Positions 42,436-54,996 of a stretch of 64,000 bases of DNA are shown here, piece by piece. The first letter of the stretch is position 1, and each line of letters starts with the position of its first letter. A program made the translations under genes and the position numbers. Below the pieces are notes generated by a model that saw only the letters and a program-made list of their open reading frames with translations, was not told the origin of the DNA and did not search any database. This DNA is from Octopus vulgaris (taxonomy: Eukaryota): positions 39,990,001 to 40,054,000 of the forward strand of contig OX597814.1 of assembly GCA_951406725.2 (NCBI GenBank), written 5' to 3'.

Positions 42436-42705
42436 GTACGATCGATAAGTATAGGAACTGTTGCCATAGTAACGAAGCTAAAATTGGCAGAGTATAAGCG
42501 TTTTGTGCAAAATGACCTTGATCACTGTTCGGCGTGCTCACAAAATTTTAAGTTTATTGTTTACATCTGTGGTTTACAGTAACATTTGGAAAGAATGTGT
42601 GTAGTGTGTATTCGACGCATTGAACATGACAGAAAGTTTAGCAGAAAATCTGCATCAAATTCTGCCAAAAGTTTGGCGACACGTGCCCAGAGGCCTATGG
42701 GGAGC
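42436..42705 (+). mobile_element. Mariner 5' fragment (TIR + N-terminal HTH)
   Basis: TACGA..ATAAGTATAGGAACTGTTGCCATAGTAAC end; MTE..QKICIKFCQKFGDTCPEAYG. Confidence 0.75.
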
Positions 42706-42859
42706 TTTTGAAACTTTTTCAAAATCAAGATATTGGGCAACTGAAATCCGGGTATATTTTTGTCAGCTGAAAGCAGTTTAGTAAAAATTGTCAGACACGA
42801 GCCTCATACCCAAATCTTCAGTGATAAGAGACTGAACTGAACATTAATTAATATGCACA

Positions 42860-43304
42860 TTTGACGATTCACGGATCATGATACCATGATTCTCTCTCAC
42901 AGCTGCACACGCATTTGTGATGCTTTCTTCAGTTCTAATGGTTGCAGGTCTCTCAGAATGTTCGTCACTAATCATTCTTTTCTCGGCAATCTTGTAAACA
43001 TCTGAATCACTCATACACTTGTATACGACTCATACACTCCTCTCCATACACTTTCTTCAGTCTTGCGTAGGCTTCAGATCAATTATCGCCTATACAACTT
43101 TCTCTGTCATGTCCAATGCAACGATCTCACACCACACAACTTCTTTCAAAGCACTGCTGTAAACAGTGGAAGTGAGCTAGAGCAAGAACACAGGGCGCAT
43201 GAGCAACAGCCTTCGAGGTCAAACTTTGCTTGGCGGCTTTCTTCTGTATGCTTTGGCATTGTTACTATGGTAACAGCCCGAATACTTACTGTTCAGAACT
43301 CGTA
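42860..43304 (-). mobile_element. Mariner 5' fragment, same family, opposite orientation
   Basis: TACGAGTTCTGAACAGTAAGTATTCGGGCTGTTACCATAGTAAC end; MTEKV..SEAYARLKKVYGEECMSRIQVYE*F...SDEHSERPAT. Confidence 0.8.
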
Positions 43305-43322
43305 TGTTAAAAAAAATTAAAT

Positions 43323-43360
<38 letters not shown>

Positions 43361-43430
43361 CAAAAACGTCGGACTTACACAGAATAGAAATGATATCGCG
43401 AATCAAAGGGATTGAAGAAATGTATTACAT

Positions 43431-43503
43431 TTCTCACAGCTGTTTCTAGGAGTCGGTGGTCCGAAATAATGCGTGCAGATTGACTCCATCGTCGAATGAG
43501 ACA
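43431..43503 (-). ncRNA. Decayed hammerhead-like motif
   Basis: Minus strand: TCTCAT-TCGACGA-T-GGAGTC...GACTCC-TA-GAAA-CAGCTG-TG-AGAA. Same ACAGCTGT palindrome as 45359; core and cleavage site mutated. Confidence 0.45.
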
Positions 43504-44059
43504 AAAATCCGCCTTCAGGATAAAGTTCTTACATTTGAGGTGTTCAAATATTCTATCTTTCAACTTACACACAAACACACAAACACGCACATACACACGC
43601 ACATACACGCACATACACATATATATATATAAAAAATATGAAAAATTTAGTTTGCTGATGATCTAAAGGAATAGGTGCGCTGAGCAAGTGCTCTAATTGG
43701 TAATCCGTTAGATTCTAAGTTCAAAGCTAAGGCTGGAATTCGGAATCTGTATTAGCAGGTATGTATTTGAGTAAAACAACAAAAATAAACAATGCAAGAC
43801 GAGTATCTCACGTCATTTATAATAATTTAATTAGGGTAAGGCGATATCCCATCTTTTCTGTGTATCCCAAGAGATAGGGTATGGATGTTGTTCCGTACTT
43901 CCGTTATATAATCCAGGATGCCCTTAGATATAATCCAGGCTGTATTTTAAACGTATTTTCAATGGAGCATTCATCTTGAAGTGGTTATCTAGTATGTAAA
44001 CAGTCTGCGTGAGTATATGGAGTGACAAATACCGACATCAAGATAAACAGTGAGTGGAT

Positions 44060-44470
44060 AGAAAAGAGAAGAGAAAGAGAGAAAAGACAGGAATATGTGA
44101 AGGAAAGAATGAATGAGAGGGAAAGTAAAGTAGAATCAAAAATCAAAATAAAAAATCAAATTAAAATCAAAATAAAAAATAAAATTAAAAAAAAAGATAA
44201 GAAATAAAAATAAAAATAATGAAGATGGATGCCAGTATTAATCTCCGTAAGTGCCTATTCGTGGTGAGAGGTCAGGCATTGAATAATACTTCCATCTTAT
44301 CTTTATCTCTATCTTTATTCTTTTTCGTTTTTATTTCTTCTTATATTTACTCTTTTCTATGTTGATTCTTTTTTGATTTTATTTTATTTTGACATTTGAT
44401 TTTACTTTCCACCTCATTCATTATTTCTTGAACATATCGAACTCCTGTCTTTTTTCTCTTTTTTCTTTCT
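44060..44470. repeat. Diverged inverted repeat of low-complexity arms (~180 bp)
   Basis: AAAAGACAGGAATATGT..GAATGAATGAGAGGGAAAGTAAAG...AAGATGGA versus TCCATCTT...TTTACTTTCCACCTCATTCATT..ACATAT..TCCTGTCTTTT. Confidence 0.7.
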
Positions 44471-44516
44471 TTCTCCCTTATTTTTCTTCTCCTTTGGTTA
44501 TTGTCCATTACCTGTA

Positions 44517-44636
<120 letters not shown>

Positions 44637-44676
44637 GTGTGTGTGTTATAATTTAGAACAAAGAGTAAAAGTTTGT

Positions 44677-44744
44677 CATTAGAGTATTCGGAGTTTCGAA
44701 TGTCGAAGCGAAGTGTTACGATACATTCTCGTCGGCTATTAATG
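44677..44744 (-). ncRNA. Partly decayed hammerhead motif (CCGACGA core) in repeat family B (44645-44815)
   Basis: Minus strand: CATTAATAG-CCGACGA-GAATGT...ACATTC-GAAA-CTCCGAA-TA-CTCTAATG, with a perfect 6-bp stem II. An inverted sibling lies at 46770-46935. Confidence 0.6.
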
Positions 44745-45358
44745 CCAACAGAAGCTATGAAAAACCGAGGAATTAAAGGGTAGTTACTCTACCAGGTAGA
44801 AAAGAAAAGAACAAAGGATACATAGACATAGTAAGTGTCAGCTACAGGATTTACTAGAAGATCTTAACCAAGTGTAAGCCTTATATCAATCGGAGTGGTA
44901 AGTGCTGTTTTTGTAATATGGAAAGATGGATCATCTAGAAAAGATCCTCGGACGCCGATGCATGTCTAATTTCAAGAAGTTACTACTTTGGATCCCGTCC
45001 ACATGTCACAAAATATCTTTTACGGTTTTGGGCCTCCCAAGATCACGGTTAGTTTCCACAGTTTTACTATGATCCTGTACAATATTTCTCTTATGTTATA
45101 CATTCTATTATTTTCTATTATTTATTATATATATATATATATATATATACAAAATAAGAAAATGGAGAAACATATCTTAATCAATGATCAACTACCAGAT
45201 AATACCCAATCACATAATTTGTTGAACCACTACATATGAACATTAAGGTCAAAAATAATAATATAGAACAAATTAATGTACATGAAAGAGTAATATGGTA
45301 CAATAAGTACAGTATGTTTAAAGGAATATAAATAAATACAAATATAAATATAAACTAC

Positions 45359-45485
45359 ATCTTACAGCTGTTTCGGCCATGCAGATATGTGTGTCTCATT
45401 ATGCTCATATTAGCCATGTGTGATAGGTCAATATGTAGTTGTAAATGAGACACTTACAAAAATATCCCAAGGCCTCTTCAGAGAT
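45359..45485 (-). ncRNA. Type I hammerhead ribozyme, complete core, long stem II insert
   Basis: Minus strand: ATCT-CTGAAGA-GGCC-(92 nt with GTGTCTCATT/AATGAGACAC and GATAT/ATATC pairs)-GGCC-GAAA-CAGCTG-TA-AGAT. Predicted GUA cleavage between 45363 and 45362. Confidence 0.88.
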
Positions 45486-45750
45486 TATGAAATACAAACT
45501 AAATTAAATATGAGTATCAGACTAGTGACACTCATACAAGAGTGGGTACATACCCACAATATATAATATACACATACATATGAGTGCATATACCCATACT
45601 CCTATACATATATATACATATCCTTAATAATATAAATCAATATATATACATATGTTCTATATTCAATGTTATATATATATATATATATACATATGTATAT
45701 AAATATAAATATTTATAAATATATATATATATGTATATAAATATAAATAT

Positions 45751-45826
<76 letters not shown>

Positions 45827-46039
45827 TAAATATTTCATTTTTCCTTTTCATTTTTGTGTGAATGTGTACGTGTGTGTGTATATGTATATCTTTGAATATA
45901 TTTTATATGTGTATATGTGTATGTGTTTATATATCTATATGAGTCCAAGACTGTGTCTGGTGCACATGTGCGACTTTTATGCACACTTCCTCTTCATTTA
46001 TACGGATATGCATATATTTGTATATGTGCGGATGTGTCT

Positions 46040-46345
46040 AGGTTTAGTACTCCTTCCTGTCTGTTTTCACTATCTTGTTCTAGTTACCGTATTTGAGCCT
46101 CCGCAAAATCCCAAATTTTACTTAATTTGCGTTACGAGAGTAACCGTTATGTATTTTGTAGTGAAATGCTCCAAATAAGAAGTAGAAAAACAGCCAGCAA
46201 CTGAGGAAGAGTCCTTTGTTTCGTGTTGTTTGTCTTATTTTCCGTTTGTTTCTTTCGCTGTTGGGAAAAAATGTTCGTATTCCATGTTGTATTTCGTATT
46301 TCATGTTTAATTTATGTTATTGACGTTCCACGATGTCAGGCGCCC
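46040..46345 (+). repeat. Dispersed non-coding repeat family A, copy 3
   Basis: Aligns with 31660-31970 and with the reverse complement of 28070-28400. Flanked by TA-rich microsatellites. Confidence 0.8.
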
Positions 46346-46378
46346 ATATATGCATGTATATACAAATATATGTATGTA

Positions 46379-46428
<50 letters not shown>

Positions 46429-46769
46429 CATACATATGCATATATGTGTGTGAGTATATATGTGTGTGTATGGCTGAGTGTGAATGTATGTATAAATGTC
46501 GAAATATATATGTATCATGTTACGCATATGCATGTAAATAGCTATCTCTATATGAGGATCAGGTTGCGCCCACATGCATACGTACATATGTGTGTGTGTG
46601 TGTGTGGATATGTGTGTGTATGTATGAGTACGTACATACACATATATGTGTCTGCGTTTGTATATACTTGTACATACACATGTTTATTTCTGCGTATGTA
46701 TGTAGATGTTATAAACGCAGGAGGTTTACATCTATGTATTGTGAGAATGTGGTTGCGTACTTTATTTAT

Positions 46770-46935
46770 CATTTTCGTTCTTTTTCTACCTATTAGAGTA
46801 ACTTCCCTTTTATTAAACGGTTTTTCATAGCCTCAGTTGCTATTACACTATGAGAATATTACGTAGCTCCTAGCTTCGACATTCGAAACTCCATGTAATA
46901 TAATGACAAACTTTTATTTTGTCCTAAATCATAAC
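46770..46935 (+). repeat. Repeat family B, inverted relative to 44645-44815 (more decayed HHR)
   Basis: TTTTCTACC..TAGAGTAACT.CCCTTT..CGGTTTTTCATAGC...GAGAAT...GCTTCGACATTCGAAACTCC...TAATGACAAACTTTTA. Confidence 0.85.
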
Positions 46936-47012
46936 ATATATAAATAATCCTCTATTTATCTAAAATATAGGTATCTTTCTTTTCTTGTTACTTTATATTA
47001 TTATGGTATGTA

Positions 47013-47049
<37 letters not shown>

Positions 47050-47269
47050 TAGAAGAAAAGGATAATAAAACAAGGTAGGACGAGTGTCACAATCATTTAT
47101 AATAATTTAATTATGGTAAGGTGAATTTAAAGGAATACATTATGAAGCTCTGAACCCCCACCCCGTTTATGGAAGAAGATCACGCAATCATCTGTCAACG
47201 CACTGGAAGGGGCCACAGATTCCTCTGTCGTTGGAACAATTCGCATCGACGAGCGACGGCATTACTTTT

Positions 47270-47930
47270 ATTAACTGCTCCAGGACCTTACCTTGGTCCT
47301 GGTGATATTCTTTTCTAATATGGCCTGGTTCCAGGCACAGGTGACACTTGGGGAGTGGGGGCGTCGCTTAAGAATCACCGGATACTTAGAACAGGCTATT
47401 TTAGGAAAAGTTGGGAATAGCAGATTGTTGGCTGATTCGGTCCACATGGTCAAAACCGCTTTTGACCCCATCCAATCAGCCGCAGGTAAAATTCTGACAT
47501 TGAGGAGCTTGGTTCCGCCGCAACCCAGACACCGGCGGATAGTGTCTCCTAACCACTCGGATTCTATCCCGGGTGTCAAGCCGCAGACTCAAGCTCTTGT
47601 CAACTTCTTCCCACAATACGTGGGAAGAAACAATATTTCCTTGCCCTCTAAGGGCTGACTTGCAAAATTGCGAGCCTCTACTTAAGGGTGTCAAATAGCA
47701 ACCACACCGTCGCATATCCCTGGAAATAAGTTTTATAGTTGGCATATACTCCGCCAAATCTCTCTCTCTAAGTCCGTCATTTTAAATAAGGCGATGGTGT
47801 CGAGCGACGTGGAGTACGTTCGCAGCACCACCGTCCTCTCCTCAAGACTTTTTATCCATTGTTTGGGTGGGGCAATTTCCCACTCCAGCACCTTATCTTT
47901 CTTTGCTATGTTTGAGAGCAAAGCATTCAA
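47270..47930 (-). pseudogene. Gag-like/ORF1 pseudogene (RRM-like region + CCHC zinc knuckle), L1/Tx1-type ORF1
   Basis: One frame read through stops: LEERTVVLRTY...ARNFASQPLEGKEILFLPTYCGKKLTRA*VCGLTPGIESEWL...KYPVILKRRP, then a frameshift to KCHLCLEPGHIRKEY (CX2CX4HX4C with last C>Y, ~47305-47348). Confidence 0.65.
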
Positions 47931-49275
47931 ACCAAATACAAAGCGAATTTGGAAATCAAAACAAAAGGAAGACAGAAGAAAGAAGGAAGACACATCGAAA
48001 TAAAGCACAATTCCGGTAGACAGTACTCCTGGCTTCGTGTAATCCACCGGAAAGAACCACATATTGATACGAATTTCCCAAATTTTTGGTAAAATATATT
48101 TAGGTAAAAACATAATTTTATTTTTTTGGGAGGTGAGATGCCTCCCAAAACAACAAATCTCACAACTAAGTGAGTCATTTAGCACGAATGTAGGCAGACA
48201 CATGTTCGGGTCTCAGTGGGGATTTCTTATTTGAAAAAAGAAAAACAATATCAAATAACAAATCCCCGCTAATACCCTAAAAACAGATGCCTACCTTCCA
48301 GTCGCGTCTTCAACGTTCTTCACTTCAAGACTGCTTCGAAAGTACGACTTGGCAGCATTCAGCACAAAAGCAACACTGACTCACATCATGCGCAGTAAGC
48401 AAGCCACTTTCTTTCTTTTAAGTTGCCATAAAAGCATTACACAGAGGGGGACACTACAACACATGTGGGGACATATAACAATTAAAAATATAAAAATAAA
48501 ATATGATATGAATGATACAGCAAAATGAACATGAAGAACAAATGAAAATATGATAACATGAATGATATCTGAAAATTATATTATGAAGAGTGTGTTACTC
48601 ACCCCACACTGAGTAACACCTATCGCTGCCTCTGGGTCCTAAGTCCTTTTTCTCCTTCAGTACAATCCTTTTCCCCCATTTTCCATCACTTAGTGACATC
48701 ATTCGATCCGCCATGCATTCGTAACCTTTTTCACCGCGTGTGGGGTCTTCTAAATCTGTGGGGTCTGTTCTTGAGTTTTATTTTATTTTCATGTGGAGAA
48801 ATGGGGTGGGTGGGGTTTGATTTCTATATAGGGAGGGTGGGTCCGAGTGCCTTGAGTGTGATTGAGTTTGACTGGCGTACCACATCATACTCAGTGTCTT
48901 TTCTTTTTTTCCTCTTTCTCCTGCTCTCTGTAACTTTCCATTATTTCTCCTTTTTCTCCTTTCCTCTGTCTTTCTTTTCTTCCTCTCTTCTCTCTTCCGT
49001 CCCCACAACTCAATCCTCAGCCATTGACCTCTGTAGAGAGCATTATGCTCTAATGTGGCCCTTTTGGCTACATTAAAACAATGTGGTACTCTGTCCTCCA
49101 CCCACAGCCTCAGCATGAATTCCCCCAACGTCATTCGAGTATAATGTTCTACGTTTTTTCTTATGTACTCACACATTTCTTTTTATCCCCTCTCTTTCTC
49201 TCTATATATATGTGTTTGTGTGTGAGTGTGTGTCTGTGCGCGTTAGAGTTCGTATGTATATATACACATGTACAC

Positions 49276-49374
<99 letters not shown>

Positions 49375-49438
49375 GCAGTGAACACATAAATGTGAAACAA
49401 GGTGAAAAGAAGAGTACTCAAATACCAGTGGTAGAGTA

Positions 49439-49587
49439 ATATGCTTTATTTAAAGCAGCAGAGAATTCAACAAAACCTGTTACTCTGAGTTTCCCGTTGC
49501 CGTTCATCGGACAGTCCGATGAACGGCAACGGGAAACTAAGAGTAACAGGTTTTATTGAGTTTTCTGCTGCTTTAAATAAAGTATAT
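49439..49587. ncRNA. Near-perfect fold-back (74-bp arms, 1-nt loop) with a hammerhead-like motif on each strand
   Basis: Centre GGAC-A-GTCC at 49513. Minus 49477-49514: CTGT-CCGATGA-ACGGCAACGG-GAAA-CTCAGAG-TA-ACAG. Plus-strand copy at 49514-49549. Confidence 0.75.
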
Positions 49588-50936
49588 ATATATATATACA
49601 GACACGCACTTATATATGCATATATGTCCATACATATAACATTCATATAGGTGTGTGAGAGTGTGCAACAAATATATCAACTCACTTTAAAGAGATATAA
49701 TGAAATTAATATCAAAATTTGAAATACAATGACGTTCCTGAAAAGAATGTGAACGTAGGTTTTGATCACTTCTACTTGATTCCTAATCATCAATGATGTG
49801 TCTTCTTCATTCCATCACAACTAATTGTAAAACAAAACTAACATATTTTTTGATAATATTTTCCATTACCTAAAAATAATGATTTTTCAGTTTTCCAAAT
49901 TATTTTTTGTATATTATTATGCAATTGTATAATAGTAGAATCTGGAGGCATTTAGAAGTAGCATTTGAAAATTTAAAAAAATATATTTTGATAATAATAC
50001 AATCATGAATTTGATAAAAATATAGATATAATAATTTAGGAACGGATTATATATTCAACCCCTTTCATCAGAACAGTGGCTATATATTTTCTAATTATAA
50101 TATTGTTAGAAATATTCCATCAATAATCAGTTTGATTCATAGTCCATAAATATTATGGCTAGTTTAATGTACGTATATCCATGGATATATCCTAGTGTAC
50201 AAACATAACACCTCATAAATATTAGATTATCTTTTCATTCTAAAAATACATATGTACATAATTTATTTCGAAATTTCTAAAGATGTATAACGTAATAGTG
50301 TCCTTTTTTCCTATACCGTGATAGATGTGTTATAAATATTACTTGAGTAATTTTTGTCAGATTATTTGATGGAAGTGGTTGATTACAATGTTTAAATTTT
50401 TATGTGAAACTTAACTACACATGCACCAGATAGCAGAGATATGATAGCTTATTTCTGCTTTCTAATAACAAATATTTGTGTTATTCTATCAACACTATAT
50501 ATATGATATTAGTAAGAAATGTTAACAGTGTAGAATATATATTAATGCATAGTTACGAACGTTGGCACAACATTTATTTGGCAGATACGAAGAATCACTA
50601 ATATGTGGTGGCATAAAATCCCCAAGGAATTATGTTTCATACAACATTCTGACATTGTAAATTAAACTAACGACAGCATAACAAACATGTCAATGAAAAT
50701 AAGACCCATGTCTCTACTTCGCTACAAATAATGTTGCAAAAGTATAGAGGTTTAAATCGATACCATTCTGTTCTGGGAAAGTAAACTAATTCTCTTATTC
50801 ATGATATGTACAGTACATCATTATAGATTCTACACAACTGATGCGAAACATTTTATTGAATTCTTCTGGTGTATTCCACCGACGAATTTCAAATGCACGA
50901 ATGGCAGGTAATTTCAAAACATCCATATCTATACAT

Positions 50937-51037
<101 letters not shown>

Positions 51038-51056
51038 CGTGTGAATTGGTATATAA

Positions 51057-51089
<33 letters not shown>

Positions 51090-51999
51090 GGTATGCATGT
51101 TTTTACGCATGCATCTATGCATGTATACGTAGATAACACTGAAATTACACACTCACATAAATGTGTATAGAATTCCATTAGAGAAGGCTTTCAGTTCTTA
51201 CATACATTACTAAGAGAAGTATATTTTACATAGACGTTAGACAGGCGTAGCAAATGCACTGTTAATATTATCTGTATAGTGAAATAAAACATATTCGGTA
51301 GCATAGACATTGCATATAATGTTGAAGAGCCTTCTTATTTCATTCGTCAAATGTTATTTCTTTGAAATTGCCACTATTTGAACAACGTTATGATAACGGT
51401 TTGGCACAGACGGTGTCAATATTTTTAATGGGAAAAAAGTAAACAATTAAGTAACTATTCTGTATCGTTTCAATGTAATTGTTTTATCTACTAAACAAAC
51501 GTGGTGTGTCATTTACAATGTTTATGTTTATTAACAGTGAATGTACACTACTGTTCTTGATTGACGATAGCATCCATACTCACTGATTGGAAGCGATTTG
51601 AATTCATGGTTGTTGGTTCATATTCACATGAAAGACTAAATCATGGTAGACATCAAAGTGTCACTCGCTTGATAAACTTCAAAATCAGAGTCAAATATAG
51701 GGTATATTTTACTTGTGGAAGACGTTGTCGATAATTAAATATGTTATTTGAAGTGCTCAAAATATGCCATGTTGTAAATATTTTAGAGACCTCTTAGCCA
51801 ATGTAGGACATATATTATCATGACGACCAAATTCTAAGCTAATATATTCAATTTGCTACAAGAATGTACTATAATAAATAATTCATTCATTTTCACCAAC
51901 TATTGATTTGCATTTACAATACATATGTTATTTATCACCCAGTAGAAAATATCATTCATATGTAAAACTCGTACACAGTCACGTATGCACTTCCTTTTA

Positions 52000-52330
52000 T
52001 ATATATCTTCATATACCATACTTATAGATAGCGATGATAACAGACGTCCCCAATCCTTTCCATTGCACGCACGGCTTAACACGTTACTGAGTCGATCTCT
52101 TTAGCCAGCTGGATTCATTGTAGCTTATTCTTTCTTCTTAAAAGCATCTTTCCCCTCCTCAGTTTTCAACAAATTCTCAAAATCTTTTCCTCTTATACAT
52201 TACAGTGAAATAGGTCGGTTGTTTCTTTCGGTTGCTTTTCTAAGGACTTCAATATGTGCCACTCAACCTGCAGACGGGACATCCGGAAATGTAGAGTTTG
52301 GTATCTCTACATATGTTCGGAATGGTAATA
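52000..52330 (-). pseudogene. Decayed CR1/L2-type RT remnant
   Basis: VAHIEVLRKATERNNRPISL*CIRGKDFENLLK matches the NYRPISL..GK.FE motif. Confidence 0.5.
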
Positions 52331-52856
52331 CATCTGAGGCTAGAGCCCGTTTCTTCACTATTAACTACCGCCAGTTATAGTGCATTGTATGTTTGATATC
52401 ACCATTAATAGTTCACCTGTCAAATACGTGACTTAATTTATTTGAAGTTCTTTTTCGTATCCAAGAATTGTTAGCTCCCAAATATCCCATTCTTTAAATG
52501 AGCCCCATCAACTCCAGTGGTGGCGATTAGTAGTATTGCAATTACCTTATTCTTTACTTTCTCTTTCTTATATTTTCGTTTTGATTCTCTTATTATTGCA
52601 TCTTCTCGTTACTGTACTAAAACATTTATGTAGATATAGAGTGTTATAAATATTCGACATTGCAACTGCTGAATCTTCTACATTGATCGAGAAGTAAACA
52701 TCACTAATACTATTATAACCTCATTAGGCATAAGTTCCTGCTATTGTTGAGAATTTATATAAATCAATAAACCATTATGCGATATTAAATATATTTTGCA
52801 GTATAACATAACACAGAATATTAACATACAACTCTTTGTCAGTATCTCAAAAAAAA

Positions 52857-54614
52857 TTTGTCGAGTGTAGTGGAGAAGTTCATTATATATTTTACCTTGT
52901 GTTCCAATAGAAGCAACGGTAGTGATTCTTGGTCGTCGTCTGTTGGTCGTAATTTTGGTAACCTTGGTGGTGGTTGGGGTTATATCAGCTAAGCTGTGGC
53001 TGTGACAGCAGCAGAAGCCGTAGTAAAGGGCTGTTGATTGTGGTAACAACAGTGATCGGTTCTCTGGCACTGTTCACTGACGTCATATAATTCCAAACCA
53101 ATCAAAACCAAGATTCAACGAATATAAGGAAAAGACCCATAACTCTATCCTGTTAGGAAACCAACCAAGCAGAACGACAAGCTTGACCACGGAAGAAAAA
53201 CGTCATCAATTTTTTAACGAATCAAAATCAGATCTGACCCAAAACTGTATCTTGTAAGGAAACCAACCAAGCAGGACGACAAGTTTGACCTCAGAGGTAA
53301 AACGTCATAAATTTTTTGACGAATCAAAATCAGATCTGCTCGCAGAGAAAAAAATCTTTTTTATAAATGCATCCCTCCCTAAGACATACCACTGCCAGCG
53401 GGAGTGACTGTTTAAGGATCTGAGAAATTGTAATTTCCCCACACCTACACTATTTTAATTCTCTCACTGTGGCCGTAGCAGCAGTGGTAGCAGTAGGGGG
53501 CTGTTGATCGTAGCAGTAATGGTAGTGACCACGGTGGTTGTAGTATTAGTGCTAGTGGGAGCAGTCGTAGTGGTTGTGGTAGAATTTCGTTTTTCTTTTT
53601 CAGAAGACCAATGTTTTGTTTTAATATTCCTGGCCCAGGGTGTTCAAACTTGGTCTAATTTTTTGATGAAATAAAGTTCTTTATTTCGGCGTTGAGTGAA
53701 GGTTACGCTGTCACTGAATTTGTAAAGTGGGTAAGTTTTAAATTTCGGATTTTCATTTGCAGGACATCTCTCTATGTGTCCGCTGACCGGTATTTTCCGA
53801 TTTTCAGGGTTTCTAATTTGTGAGTTATGCACCACCATCCTTTTACGTAAGCTATTTTTTGTCTGGCCTATATATTGCCTATTGCAGCCTGCGCATGTTA
53901 AGACGTGAATTAAGTTTTCTGATGCACAGGTGAAGTTTGTTCTAATGGCGAACTCATGGCCTTGTTCTAGTATAAATTCTGAACCTTCTACCAAGATGAC
54001 ACAGATTCCGCAGTTGGGCCTTCCACATTTTCTAACTGCTGGTTTTGTGGTTGATGTTGAGTACAGTTTAGCTTGGGTTAAAATCCTTTTTCAAGGATTT
54101 TGGTTGCCGTTTACTTTTAATGATGGTGTGTGTTTCGAGGATCCGGTTCATCTTTGGGTCTACCTTTTGTAGGGCTGTGCTTTGTAGTATGGTGCTGAAG
54201 GCCTCATTGTTAAGTGGGTCGTGTGTAGAGATGTAGGGAAGGGTTTTTAATTGTTCTTTCTTTTTTGGTTTTGTTTGTCTCAGGTCTTCTATACTTCATT
54301 TAAGTGCCCGTTGGATTGCACTGTCTATTAGGGGCTGTGGATATGAGTGTGGTTTATGAGTGTGGTTCTAAGTTCCTGGAGACGTGTGTGTCGGGTGTTT
54401 GTGTCTGATATTATGGTGCAAATCCTTCGAGCTAAAAAAAGGGACATTTATTCTACTGCTGCTGTCACAGCCACAGCTTAGCTGATATAACCCCAACCAC
54501 CACCAAGGTTACCAAAATTACGACCAACAGACGACGACCAAGAATCACTACCGTTGCTTCCATTGGAACACAAAGTAACATCTATAATAAACTTTTCCAC
54601 TACACTCGACAAAA
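52857..54614 (-). mobile_element. Penelope-like element (Neptune-like), 5'-truncated, with inverted terminal repeat
   Basis: NVPFFLARRICTIISD..RLQEL; YPQPLIDSAIQRA; LPYISTHDP; KCGRPNCGIC linker; GIY-YIG ORF 53644-53994 NLIHVLTCAGCNRQYIGQTKNSLRKRMVVH...RNKELYFIKKL. 52857-53014 is inverted at 54456-54614. Confidence 0.93.
53134..53338. repeat. Tandem duplication, 102 bp x2
   Basis: GACCCA.AACT.TATC.TGT.AGGAAACCAACCAAGCAG.ACGACAAG.TTGACC...CGAATCAAAATCAGATCTG at 53134 and 53236. Confidence 0.92.
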
Positions 54615-54877
54615 CAGTAAGGAACGATTATGGATTTTTTTCTATTATAATCTTTATAAAATATTTGATAAGGTTCGTCTTTTCAAAAACATGGATTCTA
54701 CTGAATGTATATAGCATGGATTCTATTGAATGTATGTAACAATTATGAACTGTTCCCTTATACTTTTTATAATAATTTTTTTTCATAAGGTTCGTTTGTT
54801 CACGAACCAAAACATGTAATATTACAATTTATCTAATATAGTGGCGTTTTCATACATCTTTTTTTATAAATATATAA

Positions 54878-54924
<47 letters not shown>

Positions 54925-54996
54925 GGTCCCGGGTTGAGTCGGGGTTAACCACAGTAAATAAGGTACTCAATACATAGCACAGTAAATTAATTTATT

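Noticed and set aside
49027-49088. CTGTAGA followed by two hairpins and AAACAATGTG
   Set aside because: Too many core mismatches to call a hammerhead.
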